From the NCBI RefSeq assembly GCF_037042905.1, contig NC_087249.1:41478001-41542000 (forward strand): a stretch of 64,000 nt of DNA. The letters run 5' to 3'. A model generated the notes under the pieces. The model had not been told where the DNA came from, ran no database searches, and saw nothing but the letters and a program-made list of their open reading frames with translations. The DNA is from Lytechinus pictus. Its lineage: Eukaryota. Below, piece by piece: positions 14,101 through 26,100 of the stretch. Made by a program: the position numbers and the translations under genes. Each line of letters starts with the position of its first letter. The stretch's first letter is position 1.

Positions 14101-17100
14101 TACAAAAAGGGTGCTCATTTGATGGAATTACCGTAAAGCATTATCTCATGTCATCGAACAATGAACTTTGTTTAAATGCCTTTTTTATATTAAAGGTTTT
14201 ACATTATTTTTTTTTCTTTCAGTATTCCATTGGGAGATGCATTAAAAGATACCATACTTCATGTTAGAGATGAAAGAGGACGAGTGATTCATTCAGGCAT
14301 AGGGGAGGTTTTTATTGGTAAATATAAGTAACATGTCCACTTAATCTTGATAAGGCCTGTTTAGGCAGCAGTGCATGTATTTATATCATATTGAATGAAA
14401 GTTACTTGAAAATAGATTTGAAAGTTGAATTTTCAGCTTTGTCACTTGAAGATATAATTCATGAGAGATTAAATTAATGATGTATGACAAAGTTTAATAA
14501 TTATTTCAAAGATGATTCAATTTTAAGAAGAAGTAAGCAAATTTCCTTGGAAATACAATGGAAGTACATGTATGTGCATGTTTTGTGCATATTAAACAAA
14601 ATAATTCTTTTTGTGGTGCGGTGTCTAAAAATGTTAGTGTTACAAAACGATGCTTTTTTTATGCATGATAAGTGATGTATAATGCATGGGATTTTTGTAT
14701 TGTATGGAGGAGCCGTGGTGTAGTGGTTCTGGCTCTCGCCTTGTAAACAGAGGGTCGTGTGTTCGAATCCCACCACTGTCTGGTGTCCTTTAGCAAGGCG
14801 TTAATCCACACTTTGCCACTATCGACCAAGGTGCTAAATGGGTACCCGGTAGGATGTGAAAGTCATTGTAGCTTGTCCAGTACTGTGTGCGCCTCACCAG
14901 CGACTTACTGGAATACTCCCCAGGGAGTGGAGGATGTGCACACATTGTGTGTGGGAATGACTGATTGAAGCCGATGACCGGGGTAATAATATATCTGTAA
15001 AGCGCTTTTTTAATAGACACGTCGTTCCGATGTGTATTAAGCGCTATATAAAAGCGGATTATTATTGTTGTTGCATTGATGTCAGTGTGAAGAACAGGAT
15101 AATATTTTCCTCTTAAAGATAAATGCCAGTTGTGGTAACGATCTCAAAATGAATTCGAACAGAATCCAATAAAATGGTCACCCAATTGTATGCGTGTATA
15201 AATAAAATATACCGGTATGTGCCAAATGACTCTTTGAAAAGATGTGTTATTACCGAGAAATTAGCAAAATAAGCATGGAATTCATAAAATGTCAGGTATT
15301 TTTCCAAGTAAATTAATATTAATTATATTAATACACTGTCCCACATATACCTTTTTGTGTCAGTGATCATCAGGTTTTCAGCTAAACTTTCACGATTTCA
15401 CTGAGAAGTTTATTTCAATGTACCAGCTTCAGATCTATGATAAATATTGTGGCAATTAACCTTGATTTTTAATGACTTTCTCATGAAATAATTGTTTTCT
15501 GCAACTACTATCTTTACCTTTAATAGAACACTTTAATTATACTCATAAAAATACTGTATACACCACTGGGAAAAGAAAAATTACACAGGGACTTGAAGTA
15601 TGAGAAATTCCCCATTCAATGCAATGTCTTGGCTTATCCTATGTGTTTCATGACATTTGCTCCGGCGACAATTGCTCCGCTCTAAATTCCACACACTATT
15701 CGAATGACCAATTTCAACCCTGGGCTTAACACTAAAGCCTACTCTAAACGTAACATCAAACCGTATTGCAACCCTAACCCTACATCTTAGACGAAATTAA
15801 GCCCGGAGTTATTGTCGCAGGAGCAAATGTCGTTTCACCATCCTACGTTACAGATTTAGGCAGTAGGTTGCAATAAGTAGCCCCCCCCAATTATTTTTTT
15901 GCCTGATACACCAAATATTTCACAATCAGTTATTCTGTGATTTTGTATAAGGTCAGGACGTTTGGTAGGTGCTCTTCCGTGATTTTTACATAAATAGAGA
16001 CACAGTTCAAATTCAAATTTGGGGTGATGATTGACTCACAAAATCCTTGAAAATAAAAATCGTTGTATACAGGAACACATTGGGTGATTTCAAGTCCGGT
16101 GTTGGCCTTGGTGTTGGTGTTGAAATTTGGATTGCTTCCTCTATCTCCAAAACTTATTCAGAGTTTGTAAAACTGATCCAGATCACATTATTGACATATC
16201 AACAACTAGTGTATGACTTTTCGGGACCATCTTCATTTTATGTTTGGTGTTATAATCTTGTAAAAATTGAGCTAACACCAACACCAAAAGGTCAACACTG
16301 AACTTGAAATCACCCATTTCGCCTTCCCTTGAATAATTCTCACCATCAGGCTTTATTATACCAGGAAATTTTCTTCCATCTCAGGAGGATACCATCGTGT
16401 GTGTTTCCTTGGCAATGAAGAACTTCAAGTTGGTAGAGACCAGCTGATCATGAGAGCAACCGGAGATATGGTAGAGGTCACCAAGAGAGGGCGCTTCTTC
16501 CTCGGTCGCGGGGATGATCAGATCAAGCGCCACGGCAAACGAACAAGTCTCTTTCGTATTAAACAGGTGATATTTTGTTCCGCTTGCCATCTCTACATTT
16601 ATGACAATGATACTTTAGTATGGGGAGTTTACTTGATGACCCTTTTTAGTCTTGAGAAAAAAATGTAAGAATAATTCTTCAACATTGGCAATAAAAAAAA
16701 AACCTGAGCCTTCATCTAATTTGAGCCTCTGCATCAGTATTCTGCACCTGAATTTTTTCTCTCATTTGGCATATTCTGCAATTCTTGTTTTTGCTTTTAA
16801 GGATTCATTTTATTTTAAGTGGAATTTAATTCAAAGCTGGAGTTACATTTGCTACGTTTGACACTTAAAATTTGACTATTACAAAATACTCAATTGCCAT
16901 GGTGATGGTGTTTTCATGGTATTTGTATTTATATATTTAGGCATAAGGAATCTGGAATTTTATGAAGACTTTATTCAATCAAGATTTGTAGAATGTCATG
17001 GTATGTGTATTTACATATTGGGGCATAGGGAATCAGTAATTTTGTGAATATTACTTTCAGTTATGGTAGAATTTTTTAATGTCTCAAATGTATGTCATGA

Positions 17101-20100
17101 TTTATTCTACAAGGGATGACCTTTGTTATGTTCCAGTTGAATAATGTCATGGTATTTGTATTTACATAAGTAGGACATCCTTAAAGGGGAAGTTCACCCT
17201 GAAGAAAACTTTGTTGTAAAAATAGCAGAAAAAATAGTAAAAAATATTGGTGAAGGTTTGATGAAAATCCGTTTAAGAGTAAGAAAGTTATTCGAGTTCA
17301 AAGTTTTGGATTTGTGACGTCATAAAAGTATGGGGAGTTTACTTGATGACCCTTTTTAGTCTTGAGAAAAAAATGTAAGAATAATTCTTCAACATTGGCA
17401 ATAAAAAAAAAACCTGAGCCTTCATCTAATTTGAGCCTCTGCATCAGTATTCTGCACCTGAATTTTTTCTCTCATTTGGCATATTCTGCAATTCTTGTTT
17501 TTGCTTTTAAGGATTCATTTTATTTTAAGTGGAATTTAATTCAAAGCTGGAGTTACATTTGCTACGTTTGACACTTAAAATTTGACTATTACAAAATACT
17601 CAATTGCCATGGTGATGGTGTTTTCATGGTATTTGTATTTATATATTTAGGCATAAGGAATCTGGAATTTTATGAAGACTTTATTCAATCAAGATTTGTA
17701 GAATGTCATGGTATGTGTATTTACATATTGGGGCATAGGGAATCAGTAATTTTGTGAATATTACTTTCAGTTATGGTAGAATTTTTTAATGTCTCAAATG
17801 TATGTCGTGATTTATTCTACAAGGGATGACCTTTGTTATGTTCCAGTTGAATAATGTCATGGTATTTGTATTTACATAAGTAGGACATCCTTAAATGGGA
17901 AGTTCACCCTGAAGAAAACTTTGTTGTAAAAATAGCAGAAAAAATAGTAAAAAATATTGGTGAAGGTTTGATGAAAATCCGTTTAAGAGTAAGAAAGTTA
18001 TTCGAGTTCAAAGTTTTGGATTTGTGACGTCATAAAAGTATGGGGAGTTTACTTGATGACCCTTTTTAGTCTTGAGAAAAAAATGTAAGAATAATTCTTC
18101 AACATTGGCAATAAAAAAAAAACCTGAGCCTTCATCTAATTTGAGCCTCTGCATCAGTATTCTGCACCTGAATTTTTTCTCTCATTTGGCATATTCTGCA
18201 ATTCTTGTTTTTGCTTTTAAGGATTCATTTTATTTTAAGTGGAATTTAATTCAAAGCTGGAGTTACATTTGCTACGTTTGACACTTAAAATTTGACTATT
18301 ACAAAATACTCAATTGCCATGGTGATGGTGTTTTCATGGTATTTGTATTTATATATTTAGGCATAAGGAATCTGGAATTTTATGAAGACTTTATTCAATC
18401 AAGATTTGTAGAATGTCATGGTATGTGTATTTACATATTGGGGCATAGGGAATCAGTAATTTTGTGAATATTACTTTCAGTTATGGTAGAATTTTTTAAT
18501 GTCTCAAATGTATGTCGTGATTTATTCTACAAGGGATGACCTTTGTTATGTTCCAGTTGAATAATGTCATGGTATTTGTATTTACATAAGTAGGACATCC
18601 TTAAAGGGGAAGTTCACCCTGAAGAAAACTTTGTTGTAAAAATAGCAGAAAAAATAGTAAAAAATATTGGTGAAGGTTTGATGAAAATCCGTTTAAGAGT
18701 AAGAAAGTTATTCGAGTTCAAAGTTTTGGATTTGTGACGTCATAAACGAGCAGCTGCCCCATGTGTTATGTAATATAAAATGCATGAATTTCAAATTTTG
18801 TATGGTTCCTGATGACTTAATTTTTTTTCTATTCATGATCGGGTGTGAAATGATTTGTCTATTGATATACAAAAGGTACAGTGAAAACCATTTTAAATTT
18901 TCTGAGAAAATGACATTTCATTGATTTTTTACCATTCGCTATGTAGGAATGCTGCTCGCACATGACGTCACAAATCAAATAATTGAAATTCTAATAACTT
19001 TTTAATTATTTGATGAATTTTTCTCAAACCTTCGGCAATATTTTTTATTATTTTTTCTGCTATTTTTACAATAAACTTTTTGTCAGGGTGAACTTCCCCT
19101 TTAACTAGACCTTGGGCCCGTCTTACAAGAGTTACGATTGATCCATCAATTGTTACTCTATAGAAATACATCAGTGTCATAATTTTTTCTACAGGAAATT
19201 TGCAAAATGTCCTTTGTAAACAAAGGAGATCACACCAAATTGTCAAGAAATCAATGAATTCATGGATATACGTTCATATCTAGATTAAAAAAAAATAAAC
19301 ATGCATTTTATATGTTGACTTTGCTGGCTATCCATTGTTGATTGGATCAATCGCAACTCTTTGTAAGACGGGGCCCTGATTTTGTGATGTCTTTGTTGTT
19401 AAATGATAATCATAGAAGAATAAAACAGCATCCTGCTCTTTATTCTGATCTCTAAAAGGTCATTGAAGCTTGTCCAGATATTGGATCCTGTGATGTTATT
19501 CATACAGATGGCAGACTCGTTGCGTTCTACACTTCAATCATTAACAACCCTACCTCAACGCCACCTCCACCGGAGCTAACCGTTCCAGAGAATGATAATA
19601 CCAAGAATTCCCTATTACCTTGGACAACTGGTGAGCCATCTCTGCCATCTCTATCAACGTCACCATCATTATCATCGGTAGCAACGCAAAGACTAGACCA
19701 AGAAACCTGTGAAATATCAGCTGGAGTAGAAGAGCTATCACAAGTGAGTGAATCTACTCCTTCAGTGGCTCAAAAGGATAAAACAACATCAAAATATATT
19801 TCATCAAGGCAGTTGGCAGAGCCATCAAGTTTACATTTCAATCACAAACCATCCTCTGGTATATCTGAAATAGATGTGGGTGACCACCCACATGATGATA
19901 GCGTACATTCAACTTCTGGAGCAACAGTTTCATCAGACTTGGACAGCTCATTGGGAAAATTAGCACAGCCTTCGAGGAATATAATAGAGTATCTTCGGGG
20001 TGCTCTTCCAAACCATGCCATCCCTGACAAGTTTGTGGTCCTCCAGACACTCCCCATCACAAGACATGGCAAGGTAGATACCGGTGCCCTCAAGGAACTG

Positions 20101-23100
20101 TATTGGCGCCTAGAAGCATCTGAGAAGGAGAGGAAAGAAAGGGAGCCCTCTTGGGGCCGAACCTTACCAGGAAGATGGAAAGAGATTGTGATACAAGAAT
20201 GGAAGGTGGGTAATACTAATAGAGCTTCTTGAATGCCAAGAAACTGAACAAACAATTGATACCGGCAGGAATCATAGATATTGTGACTCTGTCAGTGAAG
20301 AATCTTGGACAATTTTAATTCACCTTTTGTGAAGTGAATCCGGGTGGTGGATGTGATCTTCATGATCGATGACGGATCTATAACAGTCAGGGATTTCAAT
20401 ATTACCTTGTTATAACAATTAAGACTATATGAGAAAAAATGTCAAATTAATTACCGTTGTTAGGATAAGTACAAGAACATGTCATGAGGATCCCTGCAAT
20501 TTTTTCACCAGCATTATTTTTTTTTTTAAGGAAAGGCAGAGCTGGGAATAGGTGAAAAAAAAAATCCTGCCTTTTCTTTTCCAGGAAATATTTCACTACT
20601 TATGTTTGTTGCCTTCCTGATCTCTATATATGTTGATATAAAACAAAATCTTGTTTTATCTAGCTTTATCTTGTGCTGTCTTTGTTATCAGGTCTCCATA
20701 ATTTTATAACATTTTTCCCCTGTTGAAAACAGAGCTCTCTCTTCCTGGCCGAGTCGGATGCAATCAGAGACCACAACACTTTTATGACTCTCGGTGGAGA
20801 TTCTTTCCAAGCTCTTCGCTTGGTCCAATCTCTGGAAGCTTCCCTTGGCACTCCTCTTCCTGATCTCATGGATGTTCTCCTGCATCAGACATTCCTCGAA
20901 GTTCTGGAAACAATCGCACAATGTCTTCAAGAAACTTCTTTCCAACATCATCTTGAAAACTATCAAGATATGGAGATCAATAGTCAAAAGAGAATCAATC
21001 GTGATTCAGAAAATAATCGTGACATAAAGAGTTACAAACAAAAGGTCATTGATTCTGTCCAGTTTCGAGAAACTCATATTCATCATCAGCAAAATAATTT
21101 AAAAGACAGTAAGGAACAGTTTATGAATGAAACTCTGGAAAATGCAGTTGTTACAGGCACCAGTCATGAAACTGTCCTAAGCGTTGATCAGCTTAATGAT
21201 GTACCAACTTCAGAAAATAATTTTTTAAATGCATCGTTATCTCAGCACCCAAGTGATTGTCTTTTAGAAGTTGACTCTTCAACTAACAGAGTGGAAGCAG
21301 ACGATGGTATCCTCACCGGACAAAGACTAAAAAGAAAACTGGATTCTCTAGATCCTTTGGATGATGCTTCTTCAAAGAAGCCATTGAGCCCAGAGATAGC
21401 ACCTCTGTCAGGCTCAAACAGACTAACTTCACCACCAGATACCAAAAAAAACTCCATCGTTTCAGTAAGAAGAGGTTGCCAGATTTCTCATCATGGCAGT
21501 TTTCAGAAAATGGCAATGGAGGGGGACTATTGGCCTTTTGAGGATCCATCCATGGGGCCATCAGAACGTAGTAGAAAGATAGGAACGCTCACATTTGAAG
21601 AAAATTGGAGAGTGGACACTGGAAAATGTGTGGATGCTTCACCTCTTGTGGTTTGTACTAGGTAGGGAAATCTCTGTTGATTTGGATAATTAATACATTC
21701 AGTCACTTTGTTTATTTATTATTTTGGAGGGGGATGGTAAAAAGCCCTTATTAAAAAGATTGGATTTTCCCCCTATATATTTTTGTAATATATTTTCTCG
21801 TGTCCCAAGCAGATAGATGAATTCTTGTATAATCTTTCATAGTCTGTATAAGAATGGTGCTGGCACTTGTCATTGAAATATATGTACAATGTGTAGATTA
21901 CAGTTTCACAATGCAACAAGACTGCATTCCAATATTTGGGAGCTTTTATATTTTTTCAATGTAGGGTTTACCACTGTCCTGTAAATGTTAATCAATTTAT
22001 AGTGTGAAAGGATTATATATTTACATGAAAATTACATTTTCCTTATTGAAAAACATTTGCTTAATTTTCCTTTCTTTCCTCCTCACTGTATCCTGTAGCT
22101 CCTGCCAAACAGTTTATATTGGTTCGCATTCTCACCTTTTTATTGCTATCAACATGGAAACCGGGAATGTGTTATGGAAGACAGAATTGGGAGATCGAGT
22201 AGAATCATCAGCCTGTCTGTCAGCGTGTGGAAGATTTGTCATCGTTGGTAGGTACTTTTTCCTTGTTAAACTCAAAACTAATTGATTTATACAGTATTAC
22301 ATTGTTTTGAATATTTAGTGTTAAGATGTCGATTAGAATTCATTTGATATTTGTTGGCACATAAAATCAATGAATAGAATCTAAAGTTATTCCAAGTTGC
22401 ATCGTACTATCTGTCTTTACTTTGCTCTCATAGAATAAAATAAACCCTGCAAAATCATTGACTCATACTATTCCACAAAATTTGTGAACACCTTTTATAG
22501 ATGTTATAGAAGTGACATAGAGTGGCATATGATATGGCACAGCATGGGGCAGACTTTATTCCGACTACATGTACTATGCAGTCATGCTTGACCATCATTA
22601 AAATGGTTGTGATTTTTTACCTGATTGCTAAGAAAGCATGAATGCTTGTAAGCCTACAACCAGAGGACTGACGACTTAAGGTCTTCTCCGAGGGACCTGG
22701 TAATGAGGATTATTAATGCCTTACCAAAGGGCACTAGTGCACCAAGTGGGGATCGAACCAAGTTACTGGAATCCGAAACCCCCGCTCTTCTGACCGAGCC
22801 ATTGTGCTTGCATGTTGCCAGGCGGGTGGGAACAACATCCCCTCCCCCCCATTAGTTTAGGAAAATGGGTGTACGGTTGAGGAAGAAATATTGAGGCAAC
22901 ATACCCTCTCCTTTTCTTGTGCTTAGAATCCTCAATCAATATTAATTTTTGTTTCCAGGTTGTTATGATCACTTTGTGTACTGCCTGTCGGCATTGAATG
23001 GACACATTTATTGGAAGTACGAAACTGGCGATGTTGTCAAGTGCTCACCAGTCTGCGATGTCACAAATGGACTGGTCTACATCGGGTCACATGATCAACA

Positions 23101-26100
23101 CATCACGACCTTGCGAGTCAAGGTACTTTCAAAGAAATAATATGGGTTGCAGAATACGAAATGGCAACTTTTGTATTGGGAAACTCTTATAATGTTAAGA
23201 GAAAGCATTAGTAGAAATTCAACAACATTTGGGTAATTGATGTCATTTTATAGTAAAGATCGGCTATTTCATTGAAAGATAATTCTAACCTCGTTGTTGT
23301 GCTATAATCCACAAGGATTAGTTTTTGGTATAAAGACAGAAGCATATGTTTTTTATCCAAGTAGAGATGATATGTTATATATATTTATGTATATTTTGAG
23401 AAAAAAGTTAAATGTCAAAATTTCCCCCTCATCCCTCTCTCATTTCCCCCATAAGTTTTTTTGCACCACCCTAGATCAAGACATGCAAATTTATATCTTC
23501 CCAACGCTGTTTGGTGCCTTTCCAACCATTTTATTACATGATCTATTGTAATATCTTAGGGCTTCTGCATTTGGGCAAATTCTACAGTAATTTATTTCTG
23601 AATCTGTAGTGTTAGTTTGACTTTCCCCAGCTTGAAGTTCAATTTGCCCTTGGCCTCTGTTTTTTTCTGCCTGCGTTCTACTCATATTACTGAGTTCTCG
23701 CTCGGTGACGCGGAATGAATCTACAACGCAGCAAATGCATTGAAAATGCAAGTCAAATCGCAATGAAGTCTTTGTCAAGGGCCGGTGAATCAGAAAGGTA
23801 GTTTCGTCCATTTCAGAGCTGACGAAAAATCATGAGTATGTCTGTTGTCCAGAGTTACAGACGAAACTGCTGTTTCGCTTCACCGACCTTCGACAAAGAC
23901 TCCATTGTCATGAAGGGCATTAGACAATAGACTATCTACGTTTCAGATAGCGTCTGCATAGCTATTATGAAAACTCTCTATTTTTAGGAGGAAACGTTTG
24001 AGGTAAAATGGCGTTCACATTGCGGAGGAGGTTCTGTCTTTGCCTCACCTTGTCTTCACAGAACGACGGGAACTCTGATAGCAGCCACCCTGAGAGGAAA
24101 TATAGTAGCTTTTAACAAGGTAAGACCATGTCATCGCTTAACAAACTACCTACTGGTCCCTGTGCATAGTTTATGTGAATTACAGATTCTAGTAGTCAAT
24201 AGGTGAAATTAAAATATAAATGTATCAAATGGACTTTCTGATGAGTTATATAATACCAACGAACGTAGAGGGCAGCAACACACAAGCGTGTTGCTATTAG
24301 GAAGGTCCACTCGATACGTGCATACAAATGAAGTGCGCGAGCAATTTGGTAGTCATGCCAACGAAACCATGATCCGATTCAATACACTCACGGAGTGACA
24401 GCAAAATAGAGGTAAACTAATAGATTATGACAATAGTAGATTAAAACAATGAAAACAAAAAATATATATAAAATTGAATAATAATGTACCACATTCTTAA
24501 AATAATATATCACTCAATTATTGTCACAATTCTTTTGTACATCTTCAGTAAAACAGGATTAAATTCTGTCATAATAAACCAGTCTGCTAATTTCACCCGG
24601 ATTTAGCCAAGTCATTTTGTGACCACCGAAAACCTCTCAGAGCACTTTTTTAGTAGATTGTAGAGTTGATTTATTTTCATTTCCTCTTTATCATTATTTT
24701 TGCTTGAAATGTTTTTACATCAAATATCATGCTTAAAAATATGCAATACTTGTTCCTGTATTTTTCATAAAATATTACATGGTGGTGACAACAGTTTTAT
24801 GACTTTGCATATCAATATGATAACAATTATACGTGAGTTTGATACGTCTTCATCTAAATTTCGCTACACCATAATGTGCCTACACAATCCAGCACCGCCT
24901 CTTGAGTATACAAGCGCCATGGCTGGCATGACCACGCCGGCGCCCCGGGCCGGTCGGTGCTTAGGTAAGGTACGGTGGGCTGCTTGCATATGCTAACACA
25001 AATTTTTGTAAAATTATGGAATGAAAATAGTAAATGTGACATAGACCTTCGCCCCTTGATAGTTCGTCTCAAGTCAAGACCCGTCGGAATATACGTAGCT
25101 CGATACTGAACCAGATAATTTCTGTCTAATATTATGTCTAACGTTAGACTGGGACTTGGCTTTGCTGTTTAGTGGTCGTATTCGATCCTGCCTGATGGAT
25201 TGCAAAATGTGGGTTGGATTTGTGGATATAGCATAATTATTTTAGATTTTCAGACTACAATCTACACTGTAAGTGAAAATTAAAATTCTAACCTTGAATA
25301 TTTATCGTTGCTCATCCGCCATAGTGCCACATTAATGACAGACCAAGTCTATATCTTTCAAGTGCATATCTAGCTAAGTCGAGTCGCGTCGAGATTATCC
25401 TGCCAGTGCAGTGCAGTCAGCATTATCATTCACGCAGCGCAGTACGCGCACCGAGGTACAGGTGACCGGGGAAGTTTCGGCGCGGCCAGACCAGAACATC
25501 ATGGTCTTGGCTCTGGCGTTAGCTTGTGTAGATTTGGTAGGGGCAGCGAAATTAAGCAGAAGAACGGTAACACAAATGTCATCAGTCTATGTATTTTTAT
25601 TGCTATGTAAACTACAAGAATCATGATTACATTTTGTCTTACAATTTTTTAAAAATACAAATATTCTAAAATAATATTATTTAACAAATTTTCTTGGAGG
25701 TTTTATTAGCAATAAAAAATAGTAAAATTGAACAAACGAAAAAAAATCAACTCTACAATCTTCCAAAAAAGTGCTCTGGGAGAAAATGGTCACAAAATCT
25801 GAGCGAAGTGGACCTTCCTAAAAGCAATACTGCAAAGTGTTGCTGCCCTCTACGTTCGTTGTATAATACTATACAAATAATGAATGTTTATGAGTGCAAT
25901 GGACAGAATACTTCATGAGGAGAAAGATGAAATGATCCACTCAACGTTTATATGACACCTAGAAATAGATTCTTTTTCATATGAGATTTGTGAATTCCGA
26001 TGCAATATATGCGCATGCAATGCGAGGAGCTCAGTCTGTTAATTATCGCGTACATACAACATGCGCGCTGCAAACACGAGGGGTGCCTGCAGTCTGGGTG

